Assembly (NCBI GenBank): GCA_951406725.2
Contig: OX597834.1
Coordinates: 32,178,001-32,242,000 of the forward strand
DNA from: Octopus vulgaris
Lineage: Eukaryota
Direction of reading: 5' to 3'
DNA length: 64,000 bases
This document shows positions 37,959-51,476 of the stretch, piece after piece (within the stretch, counting starts at the first letter, position 1; every line of letters starts with the position of its first letter). The position numbers and the translations under genes are program-made. A model generated the notes under the pieces. That model was not told the origin of the DNA and did not search any database. It saw nothing but the letters and a program-made list of their open reading frames with translations.

Positions 37959-40900
37959 CTGAATTTTTTTTATGTGCGAATCATCTGGTAATAATGATTG
38001 AAACAAGATATTTAATATCCACTTTTCCATGCCTGCATGGGTCATACAGAATTTGTTAAGGCAGATTTTCCACAGCTAGATGCCCTCTCCCATTTTCTCT
38101 CTCGCTCGCTGTGTGACCATATTTCTATTTATGCTGATGAGGAGAGGGGAAAGTATCTGTGTCAATCATATTCAATAAATAAATTGTAATGTATCTCTCT
38201 CTCAGTTTATCTGTGAGTATTTCTGTGCATGCACACATACACACACAGGCCTCCAGTGCCTAAAAAGCACCGTCACCAAAACGGTCAGACTGTCCAATCA
38301 GCCAGGCCAAATTGTGAGCATGCAAACAGCTGTGGCCAGTTGTCTCACTCTGCTCAACCACACAATCTTATCCTCACATTCATCGAAATACAATTATGAA
38401 CCATCCAGACACCCAGTCTTCAGCAACAAAGAGCTCAATAATTTCATTGTTGTTGTATTAAATAGCAGTAATTAAGTTATAACCACAGTAATAGAGAGAG
38501 AGAGAGAGAGAGTTTTTCCTTAATTACTAGCCTAAATAATAGGAAACTCCATTTCTCATTTACAGGAAAGTCAGCTTTGCCATTGATTACAGCAACTAAT
38601 TAGGCTAATCTAGCACTTGTTGATGAGATATCAGTTTACAAATTGCTTCCATACATTCTTGAAGCACACAAGTTCTTTGTCCTTCACTGTTAACCAGATC
38701 CATACTAATAGAACAGAGCCTGAATTACTTTTGTAAAGGACGATGGAAATTCTCATCATCAACATCCTTGTAATGTCCACTTTTCCAGGCTTGCATGTGT
38801 CAGATGGAGTTGATTAAGGGCAGTTGATTATTTGGCTGGATGCCCTTCCTGTTTCCAAGCAAAGTACTATTCCTTCATGTTTTTGCAGAACATTGGAAAT
38901 GTACAAGACTGCGTGTATGACAGCGACATCATTTACCACTTTTATGCAGGGTCAACCCAAAGAGGCACAATGGGCTTTTTTCCAGATTCTATAAACGAAA
39001 TCCACTCACAAACCTTTGGTCAGCTGAGGGCTATAGTAAAAGACATTTATCTAAGACGTCACACAGTGGGGCTGAAACCGAAACCATGTGGTTGGGAAAG
39101 AAACTTCTTCACCACAAAACCAGGCCTGCACCCATGTAAATAATGAGGCATGGCCTAATGGTTAAGTAATGGCAAAGTTGCCTTCTCGAGTCATGTTGAC
39201 TCATAAGGGGCGGTTTCCCAGTTACCATGGCAAATAAATTCCCCACCTGGATGGGATGCCGGTCCATCGCAGGATTACTCACTATTTCCAGCTGAGTGAA
39301 CTGGAGTAACATGAAATGAAGTGTCTTGTTCAAGAACACAATGCATTGCTAGGTCCAGGAATCAAAACCACAATCGTACAGTCACGACTCCAATACCCTA
39401 ACCACTAAGCCACGCACCGCCATGGCCTAATGGTTAAGCAAACCCCACTCCTTTATTATCATAAGAGCATGGCTGTAGTTTTCAGGCTGGACAACACATT
39501 GTGTCCTTGAGCAAGGCACTTGATTTTATGTTAATCCAATCCAACAGGCTCAAAATGTACACATACAGCAGCTGGCAAAAGTTTGTGCTGAGAGGAGCAG
39601 GTTCAACCTTGAGACGGAGTAGCATCCCGTGAAGGTTGGTAATGGTTGCAGGAGGGGGTCATGTGCTTAAAGCTGCTTAATACGCATCAAGGGGGTTTTC
39701 TTTTTTTTTGTACTCCCTAAAAGTGTGGTTCTGAGTTGCTGCTTAGCTCTAGATCAGCTCTGATCCAACATATATGATCAAAGGGATTTATTCTCATCAT
39801 AACCATTCTATCTTTTTGTTTCTGTTTGGTGACATAAAATACCTAGGACTATATTATCTAATGTGGCCTTGCACTTTTAAGATTATAGGGCATAATTTGA
39901 AGGACAGTTGGCTGCTATTTCTAGCAGGTTGTGTGTTCACAGAAAGATGAAACTGTCACCATTACACCACCATCATCAAACTTAGGCAGTGAGCTGGCAG
40001 AAACATTAGCATGCCGGGCGAAATGCTTAACGGTATTTCGTCTGTCTTTACATTCGGAGTTCAAATTCTGCTAAAGTTGACTTTACCTTTCATTCTTTCA
40101 GGGTTGATAAATTAAGTACCAGTTGTGTACTGGGAACAATCTAACCTACCGGCCCCCTCTCCCCAAATTTCAGGCCTTGTGCCTAGATTAGAAAAGATCA
40201 TCAAACTACATCTGCCACAGGCAATCTCTCACCAATGCTTACGTCCCCACCACCTCTATCATCATTCTATAACTACTACTGTATATTTTAGCAATGCTTT
40301 CACAATCATCATCATCATCCTTGCCATCAATGGCATCATCACCATTATCATTGTTTTGACCAATATTAGTCATCATCATCATCAACAGCATCATTGCCTT
40401 CATCACTGGCAACATCAGCATCAGCGATGCTTATTCTTGTCATAGCATTGCCCCTACAATCACCATCAATGTTTCTAGCATGATCATTGCCACCAATCAC
40501 CATGGCTACCACCAGCATCATTGCAACTGCTGCTACCGTCACCACCATCATAGCAACCACAACCACCACTATCACCACCACTGTGACCAACACCACTGCT
40601 GTAACCACCAACACTTGCAAACCTAACACTATCATATTACTACTACAACCACTTCCACCACCACGACCACCACTGCAGAGCCAAACTAGTTTTAGAGCCA
40701 AACATCAATTTCTATAACCTACACTTCCTCATATGTAAGGGGGTGGGTGGGTGGACTAGACAAACATCCCCCCCCCCCCATCCTCTCAACCTTCCTTCGT
40801 CCTCCAACATTTTCTGTTTCAATTTTAATATACAACACTTGCCAGAATTGCCTTTCTGTGTGTGCGTGTGTGTGTGTGTGTGTGTAATATGATGGACAGA

Positions 40901-41349
40901 GAGAGAGCAAGACAGATAGACACAGATCATCTTCATATTTACATTTTGACATATCATTCAATTGAGAGAGAGAGAGGGAGGGAGTGGCGCCAATAAAATT
41001 TATGTGTGTGTGTGTGTGTGTGTATAATGGTACCCTGCCAGAATTGTGGGATTGTTGGCTCTGATAACTATTGCACAAAATGAAAATTGGATCTTTAACA
41101 ATAGAAGTTTCTTAGATTGACATATGGCCACATATTTGGGGAGAACATGAGACAGATAGGGGCAAAATTAATTGCATTAACCCCCTGGGACATAATTTGT
41201 AAACCTTGGAGTTCACTCTGGCAGGATTTGAACTCAGAATGTAAAAAGTCATACCTAAGTATCTTATAGGGCATGAAAGTATCTTATAAGTATCTTATTA
41301 GTCATTATTTCTATACCACAACTATTCTATATTAATCCTGCTCTCTATA

Positions 41350-41705
41350 TCATCATCATCATCGTTTAGCGTCCGCTTTCCATGCTAGCATGGGTTGGAC
41401 GGTTCAACTGGGGTCTGGGAAGCCAGAAGGCTGCACCAGGCTCCAGTCTGATCTGGCAATGTTTCTACGGCTGGATGCCCTTCCTAACGCCAACCACTCT
41501 GTGAGTGTAATGGGTGCTTTTTACATGCCACCAGCACAGGGGCCAGGCCAGGCTGGCAAACGGCCATGATCGGATGGTGCTTTTTACGTGCCACCGGCAC
41601 AGGGGCCAGGCGAGGCTGGCAACGGCCACGATCGGATGGTGCTTTTTACGTGCCACCGGCACGAGGCCACGTTCGGATGGTTCTCTTACGTACCACCAGC
41701 ACTGG
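41350..41705 (-). mobile_element. SINE-like family C
   Basis: (CAT)n tail, core and internal repeats. Confidence 0.9.
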
Positions 41706-42009
41706 TATAATAATAATAGATTTCAAATATTGGCACAAGGCCAGCAATTTCAGGGAAGTGGGCAAGTTCATTACATCGACCCCAGTGTTCAACTGGTACT
41801 TATTTTATCGACCCTGAGAGGATGAAAGGCAAAGTTAACTGTGGCATTTTGCCTGGTGTGCTACCAACTTTGCCAGCTTGCCACCTTGATAATAAAAATA
41901 ATGATGATGATTTCAAATTTTTGACACAAGGGTAGCTCGGAGGAGAGGATCAAGTCAATTACATTGACTCCAGTGAGTAACTGGTACTTATTTATTCAAC
42001 CCCAGATCA

Positions 42010-42533
42010 CTCTGCAACCACATGGTTTTCGATTCAGTTCCACAGTGTGGAATCTTGACCAAGTGTCATTCACTATAGCCCAAGCTTGATCAATGCCTTG
42101 TGAGTAAATTCGGTTGGTGGATGGAAGCCCATAATGTATAAATGTTTATGTGAGTGTGTGTTTATTTCCCTTCCACAAATACATAAACTGCTTGACAACC
42201 CAGATTGGTTTGTTTACCTCCTTATAGCTTAGCAGTTCAATAAAAGAAAACCAAAAGAATAAGTACCAGACTTCAAACTAAATAAATAAATAAATAAAAG
42301 AACATAACTCTCTTACTCTTTTTACTCTTTTACTTGTTTCCGTCATTTGACTGCAGCCATGCTGGAGCACCGCCTTTAGTCGAGCAAATCGACCCCGGGA
42401 CTTATTCTTTGTAAGCCCAGTACTTATTCTATCGGTCTCTTTTGCCAAACTGCTAAGTGACGGGGACATAAACGCACCAGCATCGGTTGTCAAGCAATGC
42501 TAGAAGGACAAACACAGACACACAAACATATAA

Positions 42534-42566
<33 letters not shown>

Positions 42567-42730
42567 TGTAATCATCATCATCATCGTTTAGCATGGAAAA
42601 CGGACGCTAAACGATGATGATGATGATGATGATTACATATATATACGTATATACGACAGGCTTCTTTCAATTTCCGTCTACCAAATCCACTCACAAGGCT
42701 TTGGTTGGCCCAAGGCTATAGCAGAAGACA
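42010..42730. mobile_element. Tail-to-tail family B SINEs (old plus copy 42010-42275; young minus copy 42308-42730)
   Basis: Family B sequence in both orientations; the minus copy contains a hairpin insertion at 42558-42645. Confidence 0.85.
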
Positions 42731-43534
42731 CTGCTCCAGCAAGGCTGCCATCCAGTGACTGAAGAAAGACGAGGGAGACAAACAGATTTACAAGGGTTTC
42801 TTTCCTACCAACACAACCACTCCTCCCCACTTTCATGAGATTAGAGGAGGAGGATTAGGGAGGGAAATGATCCTAATCTATTCAAATATTCCTACAAAGG
42901 GTAGCTGGAGCAAAACGGGGTCAGGATTAGGACTTGTTAAAAAGACAGAATACAGTTTTAACAGTCCTACTTGTGAAACCTTGTCTGTGAAAGAGTCCCA
43001 GAGGGAAGCCCTTAAGAATAAGGAGGAGGAGTGGTGGTGGTGGTAGTGGTGGCAGTAGCAGCAGAAACAGCAGAGGGCTAAAGGTTCCAGTGTTTGATTA
43101 ACGGGGATTAAAGCTAGCTCAAAATTCATTAACACAAGTGTCAAAAGTTAAATTAGAATTAAAAAAGCTGTACAAACACACACACACACACAATATATAC
43201 ATACACATATACAATGCTTAGCGTGTAAGTTGGAGCGTGCATGTGTGTAAAACAGAATGCATGTAGCATGACACCACTTCAGTGTCTATGTGTGTGCGTG
43301 ATTGCATGAGCAGAGTATTCAGGTTTCTTAATACCTTTTAAGAACAGGATTATCCCACTCATGGTTGAAACAAATTAAGTGCGTGTCATATTGTGTGTGT
43401 GTGTAGCTCTTGGGTATATATTTCCACTGTAAGAGTTGTATTAAACATAGTACTGAATGATTTTATATTAATATCCTCATATACATACATCCATGTGTGT
43501 AGATATATATATATATATATACACACATACACAT

Positions 43535-43803
43535 CTATTATATTTACACCCACACACATATATACAAACATATATGGATACATCTATACATACCCCACCT
43601 CTCTCTTTCTCTCTCTATATGTGTGTGTGTGTATATGTATTTGTGAGTACATATAAACATATATATATATATATACACACACACAAATATGAGTGTATCT
43701 GTATGTATATGAACAGATATGTATGTAGGTACACACACACATATATACATATATATATGTGGATGCAGTTGTATGTGTGTGTGTGTATATTATATACATA
43801 CAT

Positions 43804-43846
<43 letters not shown>

Positions 43847-44809
43847 TACAAACATTTGTGTGCATAGACATGTAATTTACAAGTGTAGTGTGTGTGAGTA
43901 TGCATGTAACTAAATGTGTATGCATGTGACTATGTGCATGTGTGCCATATGACTGCGTAGGCAAGTGTGTGTGTATTTGTGTATGTGTAATTGAGTGCTT
44001 GTGTTAACATGTCACACTGAGTGAATACGTGACCATCTCCACACACAACTTTAGATGAGTGTAACTGTACCTAGCTGTGCGAGTGCGTGTGTGTGTGTAA
44101 TTGCATCTGAGTGCATGTGTGTGTAATTTTGCATGTGAATGTGTAAGTACGCACAGGTGAATGAGTAGATGTAGCAGTAGGAAGAGGAGAGAGAGAGAGA
44201 GAGAGTAGAAGATGGAGATAGGGTGAAAGTTAGAGAGAGAAAGAGAAAGCAAAAGTAAAAGTAGAGAGAGAAAAAGAGAAAGGGAGGCAGAAAAAAAGGA
44301 GAAAGGGAGAGAGAGAGAAGGGGTGGGAAAGAGAGAGAAAGATGAAGAGAGACAGGAATGGTCTTCTGCCAAACTTCCTTTGGCAAACTCTGTAATCAGA
44401 GAACACTAATTCTTCATTCCACCCCCATCCCCCACCCTTGCTCCGCCCCCAACCACCCAACAATTAAGTGTGTGCGTGTGTGTGTGGGGGCGTAAAGAAG
44501 TATTAACACTTGGCCCGTCAAATTCCACAGATTCGCTAATTAAATTAACGAATGTTTAACGAAGATTATCTTACTCATTCATGCAAATATCAGAAATAGA
44601 GATAGCGGAATTATTTCGTTTCAGCTTTGTTTTTGTTGCATGAGAATAGTTGCTTTCCACAAAAAAAGAATATATTTGTGTGTCAATGTGTGTGTGTGAG
44701 TGTATGCGTGTAAACATAGCATGCACAATTATATTTACACCCCCCCCACACACACATATATATATATATATACACATACAAACATATATGGATACATCTA
44801 TATATATTA

Positions 44810-44847
<38 letters not shown>

Positions 44848-44964
44848 ATGTGTGTGTGTGTATGTATTTGTGTGAGCATATATAAACATTTATATACACA
44901 ATTATATTTACACCCACACACACATATATATATATACATACAAACATATATGGATACATCTATA

Positions 44965-45055
<91 letters not shown>

Positions 45056-45223
45056 GTGTGTGTGTATGTATTTGTGTGAGCATGTATAAACATATATATA
45101 CACACAAATATGTGTTTATCTGTATGTATATGAATAGTTATGTATGTAGGTAAAAATGATGTGTACACACACATATATACATACAAACATATATGGATAC
45201 ATCTATACATACCTATCTCTCTC

Positions 45224-45261
<38 letters not shown>

Positions 45262-45390
45262 TGTATGTGTGTGTGTGTGTATATGTATTTGTGTGAGTAT
45301 ATATAAACATATATATACACACACACAAATATGTGTGTATCTGTATGTATATGAACAGATATGTATGTAGGTAAATACGATATGTACACA
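43535..45390. repeat. Microsatellite-scaffolded ~130-200-bp repeat (43535-43750 and a tandem set at 44728-45390)
   Basis: Recurring anchors atatttacaccc, acaaacatatatggatacatctata, atgtatttgtg, tatctgtatgtatatgaacagatatgtatgtaggta. Confidence 0.8.
44575..44652 (-). CDS. Weak candidate 78-bp exon (phase 2-2)
   Basis: Minus strand: ttctttttttgtggaaag| ... aatga|gtaaga; frame NYSHATKTKLKRNNSAISISDICMN; the acceptor is poor. Confidence 0.2.
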
Positions 45391-45741
45391 CACACTCACA
45401 AGATCTGTGAAGCCTTCCATATTTTTTGAGTCAATAAAGGAGCTTTAATACCTGACATGCTAGAAATGCTAACCAAATCCCTCTCAAATCACACCCTAAC
45501 ATCTTGAATGATAAAAAACAATAGGAACCTACACATCATATTGAATGAGAAAGCATGAAATATCTTTTATATATATATACCTTTTATCATTTGTTTCAGT
45601 CATTAGATTGCGACCATGCTGGGGCACCACCTTGAAGAATTTTAGTCAGATGAATTGATCCCAGTATCTATCTTTCCTTTTTTAAAGCTTGATACTTACT
45701 ATATTGGTCTCTTTTGCTAAACAGCTAAGTCATAGGGGACA

Positions 45742-45775
<34 letters not shown>

Positions 45776-45929
45776 ATGGGCTTCTTTGACAAAACATACA
45801 CATAAGGCTTTGGTCTGCCCAAGGGTGTGGTAGAAAGACACTTGCCCAAGGTGTGGAGCAATGAGACTGAATCCAGACCCATATGGTTACTATTTGTGTA
45901 GTATATTTATAACTGGTACCTGTACCAGT

Positions 45930-46262
45930 AGCTCGTAAAAAGAACTTTTCGAGCATTGGGCCACATGGAGGCAATGAGAAATGACTGACACCTTTGATAA
46001 TATGTCGTGCTTGAGTAAAAGACCTATCAAACCAAGTGAAATTGTAGTCGGGACAGATACCGGTGTCATGAAACTGGGATGTAAAAGCACCAATTACACT
46101 CTCGGAGTTGTTGGCGTTAGGAAGGGCATCCAGCTATAGAAAACATGCTAAATTAGACTGGAGTCTGGTGCAGCCCGTCAGCTTACCAGCCCTGGTCAGA
46201 CTATCCAACCCATGCCAGCATGGACACCAGACGTTTAATGATGATGATGATGATGATGATGA
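45930..46262 (+). mobile_element. SINE-like family C, nested beside a minus-strand family B copy (about 45580-45890)
   Basis: Core gttggcgttaggaagggcatccagc and (GAT)n tail. Confidence 0.8.
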
Positions 46263-46469
46263 CGATTTGTGCTATCTAACATATTGGAGTACAGTGCTAT
46301 ATTTGATCTGTTTCGTACTTTTGAGTTACACAGTACACTTGAGCTGTTTGATATATTTGCGTTATGGGGGTACATTTCAGATGTTCGGGGCCTTCTCTTC
46401 CACTTGTGTTGTTTCATACATTGGAACTACTTAACGTATTACATCTATTCAATGTAGTTATATGACAAC

Positions 46470-46752
46470 ATTTGAGCTATCCAATACATTTGTGTGTGAT
46501 TACTATTTGAGCTGTATGGTTACAAACTGAGCCATGCAGTTAGAATTTGAGCAGCATGGTTAAAATTCGAACCATTAGGTTACAATTTTAGACACATGGA
46601 ACTATTTGAAGTTTGTGGTTACAGTTTCAGCTATGCAGTTCAATTTGAACCATGTGGTTACAGTTTGAGCTATGCAGTTCAATTTGAACCATGTGGTTAC
46701 AGTTTGAGGTGTGCAGTTTAAAGTTTTATCCAAGTTATACATTCTGAGCTAC
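46470..46752. repeat. Degenerate ~19-20-bp minisatellite with a 39-bp dimer unit
   Basis: tttgagc/tttgaacc..atg.(a/g)gtt units; agctatgcagttcaatttgaaccatgtggttacagtttgag duplicated exactly. Confidence 0.8.
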
Positions 46753-46825
46753 AAAGTATATTTCCACTACATTTCCTTGAATTTAAATGTAAATAACACA
46801 TTGTATATACATAATAAATAAATAA

Positions 46826-46861
<36 letters not shown>

Positions 46862-47281
46862 TAACAACAAGAAAAGAAAATGTCAGGAGAATGACTGCAA
46901 CAAAAATATATCTAAAATGAAGCCAAGAGATAAGCAAAAATATAAGACTGATGACGGTGGTAAGACTAAGCAGAAAGACCAATAATCTTTGGAACAAATG
47001 TCAAAAGTGGTTTTTTGCAAATTATGTAGGAAGGCTGACAGCATGCAGACATATGTTGGTTAAAAAAAAAAAAAAAAAAAGACCACAATGTCAAATTGTA
47101 GTAGTGGGAGGTAAAAGAACAAAAGGAATACTGGCTAAAGGGGCAGGTTTTCTAGGGGAGACACAAGGAAAAACGAAAATTAAGAAAAAGAAAGGACCAG
47201 ACTGCGGGGTGTGTATTTTTTAAAATCATTATTATTAATTTTTTTTTTTTTTTTTTTTTTAGTGATAGCTGGGGCACTCAC

Positions 47282-47449
47282 AGGCTTCATTGGTAAAAGG
47301 GCCGTTACAGGCTCGTGACCAGTTCGGCAGCAGGAGAACATGCTTTCGCACCAGCTGTGTGGCCAGAAAGACCACCTCGATGACGACAAGGGAATCGTCT
47401 TCCAATTAAGTTTCAGTAGTTTTCCTCTCCTAGATTTTGAAAAGGCCAT
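47282..47449 (-). CDS. Candidate first coding exon (56 codons), product unknown
   Basis: Unique, GC-balanced island among AT tracts; ATG-initiated frame MAFSKSRRGKLLKLNWKTIPLSSSRWSFWPHSWCESMFSCCRTGHEPVTALLPMKP ends at a cct|gtgagt donor in phase 0. Confidence 0.35.
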
Positions 47450-47648
47450 TTAGCCTAACCTCGAGGCAGTTTTCTTGCCCCCAGCTACAGCAGACATGAG
47501 AACAAGACAGAAAAAAGATAAAAAAAAAAAAAAAAGAAAAAAGCATCAGAAGTTTGGGAAAGGGTTAGTATTCGAAATAGGGGACAGAAAGAACAAGGCA
47601 AAGAGATAAGGTTGAGTAAGACAAGACATTAGTAGAAAGTGTGAAAAC

Positions 47649-47706
<58 letters not shown>

Positions 47707-48297
47707 CATATTTGAAGAAAGATTTTCTTAAAAATTATCAACTATTTAAAAATTTTTTTCAGAAAAACAGAATGACATAAACCTCGATGTGGTTATCTAA
47801 TGACGTTTTTTTTTTGAGAAAAACTGAACAATGAAAGTGTTTACTCAACATAGAAATTTCCTACCAAAAAGTTCGTGTCAGTCTGTTTTTCTAAGACAGT
47901 TTTTTTAAAAATAAGTAATAATTTTTATTTTAAGAAAATCTTTATTCAAATATCATGTCTGTAGCAAGTATTTTTTTATAAAAACTTTTCAACACATATA
48001 CATATATATGAATATATATATATATATATATATATGCTTACATAAATATGCATATGTATTTATATTTTTGTGTAAATATTTTATTTCATACCAATATAGA
48101 TAAGAACAAGACAGAAATTAGTGTTTTTGGCTAGAGAATTTTGTCTCAATATTACAATATACCTTCAGTGTATTTGTGTGTCTGAACTATATCTTATATA
48201 TTTATATACACACACACATATATATACATATGTGTGTAAATACATAAGTTATACAATTTGCTTTGCAATAGTACTGTTTATTGTATATATCTATACA

Positions 48298-48328
<31 letters not shown>

Positions 48329-48611
48329 GCATATACATGTAGCCATACATAAACACATGTATACATACAAATATACACCCATGTCAGTGATGCAGCTAAA
48401 CAGCAAATTTCACAATTAATGCAATGATGCCTCCCTAGTGGGAATTGAAACCAAATCTCTTGTTGTAGAAGTCAAATTACTAAGTAAATGTATCGTATAC
48501 AAATAGACAATCTGTGTCTATGGCAAGATAAGACTCAGTTAGCAGAAGGGAAAATTAAAAAAAAACCAAAAAAAACATGCATTTCATTTTTGAAGTAACA
48601 GCTAGGATACC

Positions 48612-48686
48612 CTTGGTAAGAGCGGTGGTTAGCATACTTGCTTGGTCAGCAAGAGACGCTTGGTTCAATTTCTGCTGTAGGGGCAT
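48612..48686 (+). mobile_element. Decayed tRNA-like SINE head
   Basis: gcggtggttagc (A-box-like) ... ggttcaatttc (B-box-like); related relics near 37470-37540 and 48430-48485; cannot form an intact tRNA. Confidence 0.4.
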
Positions 48687-48780
48687 TATAGCACAATTCT
48701 TTTTTTAATTTTTTTCTTGCTTGCTTTTCATGTTTTTGGATTAATATTAATCTTCGAATATCAAATGTTACACTACAAAA

Positions 48781-48828
<48 letters not shown>

Positions 48829-49194
48829 CATACACACACAACAGATATTTATGCATATTATACACCACATACATATATAAATTTTATATGATAAACAAGA
48901 CATTATAAGTATTAATTTGAGACAGAAAAAAAGAACAAGGTCAACAACAGAACCCAAACTATGCCTCTATTTCTTGGTGGGTGGCCATATTATTATCAAC
49001 ACCACACAGAACGTTTACTACTTTAGTCTGTCGGAACTAAATTGCTGTTGTTGGTGTAACGGAGTCAGCAGGAAAGCATTACACTTGCTAGATAGCTGGT
49101 TCAAATCCTGACTGTGTGCATGTGGGGGAGGGTATGCATGTATATTGTTTCCTCTCTCAGACTTGTTAAGTAAAATGTCTTATAAATTGTAACT

Positions 49195-49522
49195 GATGGT
49201 TCTGGGTTCAGTCCCACTGTGTGGCACCTTGGGCAATTGTTTTCTACTACAGCCTCAGGCTGACCAAAGCCTTGGGAGTGGCTTTGGTAGATGGAAACTG
49301 AAAGAAGCCGGTCATATATATCCATCCATCCATCCATATGTGTGTGTGTGTGTGTTTATCCCCCTGCCCTCACTTGACAACTGATGTTGGTGTGTTTACA
49401 TCCCTGTAACTTAGCAGTTTGGCAAAAAAGCTTGATAGAATAAGTACTAGGCTTACAAAGAATAAGCCCTGAGGTTGATTTGTTTGACTAAAAGCAGTGC
49501 TCCAGTCAAATGACTGAAACAA
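49195..49522 (+). mobile_element. SINE family B, 5'-truncated
   Basis: Starts at atggttctgggttcagtccc and runs to the tail. Confidence 0.88.
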
Positions 49523-49696
49523 GAATATAATATATACAGTGTGAATGGGCTTCAAGCAACTCTGAGTTTTATCTGTAGGTGCACAGGGTCTACAGGGGAG
49601 TAGTTATGGGATTCTGTACTTCTTTGCTTTTTCCAACAGTTAAAACTAAATGTGCGTATGTGTGTGTGTGTGAGTGTGTCTATATATATATATATA

Positions 49697-49925
49697 TGGC
49701 GAGCTGGCAGAAACGTTAGCATGTCGGGCGAAATGCGAAGCCGTATTTCGTCTGTCGTTACGTTCTGAGTTCAAATTCCGCCGAGGTCGACTTTGCCTTT
49801 CATCCTTTCGGGGTTGATTAAATAAGTACCAGTTATGTACTGGGGTCGATATAATCGACTTAATCCATTTGTCTGTCCTTGTTTGTCCTCTCTGTGTTTA
49901 GCCCCTTGTGGGTAGTAAAGAAATA
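49697..49925 (+). mobile_element. SINE family A, full length
   Basis: Near-consensus copy inserted in (TA)n. Confidence 0.92.
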
Positions 49926-50821
49926 TATATATATATATACACATACACACACACATATATATATATACAGCTAGCTAGACAGACAGATAGATATGCATGT
50001 GTAAGGCTGTGTGTGTGTGTGCATGCACATGCATGTAAGTATCTACATGTGTGTGTGTGTGTGCATAGACACAAACACAAATACATACATAAATAAATAA
50101 ATACAAGTGTGTGTGTGTGTGTGAGCATGTATGTACGCACATGGACAAGTCCATTTGAATCCATTTAAAGCCAAAATACCAATATGCTTGAGCAAGACTG
50201 CAAAAATCACACATACATTAACACACAAAGTGATAGAACAGATATAAAATGGCAGCAACCAGTTCCAGAGGCAATAATTGGAAGAGATTGTTAATAGCAA
50301 AGTTTAAAGCAGAGAGAATATTGTATGGCAGTGAAAATTGGTACGATGTAAGACTTGCAAATTGTAAGAACATGGATATGAGAGAAAGTAGGGTAGAAGA
50401 GATGTGTACAGAGTGGAAATTATGATATCGAAAAATAAAACAAAAGAGATTCTGTGTTAATGCAAAGGAAAAAAAGGAAACAAGACAAAATAAAACAAAA
50501 AAAAAAGATATAATTTTAGAAAGAAGAGGAGAAAAACCTTGCGTCTTTTGTTTTTTTATTTGTTTCTGTCATTGGACTGTGGCCATGCTGGGGCAATTCC
50601 TCAAAGGGTTTTAGTTGAATTATTTGGCCACAGAACTTGTTTTTATTTTTTTAAATTTTGGTACTTATTCTATCAGTTGCTGAACTCATAAGTTATGGGA
50701 ATGCTGTGGTAAGAAGCTTGATTCCCAGCTACATGGTTCTGGGTTCAGTCCCACTGCATGGCATCTTATGCAGGTGTCTTTTACCATAGTCTCATGCTGA
50801 AAGAAGCCCACCCTATATATG

Positions 50822-51051
50822 TATTTCTTTACTACCCACAAGGGGCTAAACACAGAGGGGACAAACAAGGACAGACAAACGGATTAAGTCGATTACATCA
50901 ACCCCAGTGCGTAACTGGTACTTAATTTATTGACCCCGAAAGGATGAAAGGCAAAGTCGACCTCGGCGGAATTTGAACCCAGAACGTAATGGCAGACGAA
51001 ATATGGCTATGCATTTCGCCCGGCGTGCTAACGTTTCTGCCGGCTCGCCTT
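50822..51051 (-). mobile_element. SINE family A nested in family B
   Basis: Full-length A copy between the two halves of a plus-strand B copy (50702-50815 and 51490-51680). Confidence 0.9.
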
Positions 51052-51070
51052 ATATATATATATATATATA

Positions 51071-51476
51071 CGGGATGTGCCATCTAGGTAGGCATGATAG
51101 GCTGTGCCTACCTTGAATAAACTGGATTGATAGTAACATTTTCCTTTTATGGCAAAATATGCACCTAATTCAATAAAACTACAAAAGTTACTCCAATTAT
51201 TATGCATAAAATGCAACATATTTTATTTTTTTGTAGATTAGATAGGCATAATTCTCCCCTGCTTTTCAATCTCAGTATTTAAGCTACACATAGAACTGCT
51301 GTAGTACATGTGCTGCGTACAATCCTACAACAACGTCTTCTTTACGTGCTATAAAGGCAGAAGTAAATCTGCCTTCAACTCAGTCACGCATCTGTGTTTC
51401 ACTTATTTTTTGCGTGTTTTACTACATAAACGTCACCAACTGTGTACCCTAGGTAATTACTGACGGCACATGCCTG
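51071..51476. mobile_element. MITE with ~15-bp TIRs (hAT-like)
   Basis: Left cgggatgtgccatc versus reverse complement of right end caggcatgtgccgtc; AT-rich interior. Confidence 0.7.

Noticed and set aside
47240-47340. Plus-strand acceptor (T)n-ag at 47262
   Set aside because: All three downstream plus frames hit stops within about 20 codons; the poly-T is more simply a homopolymer run.
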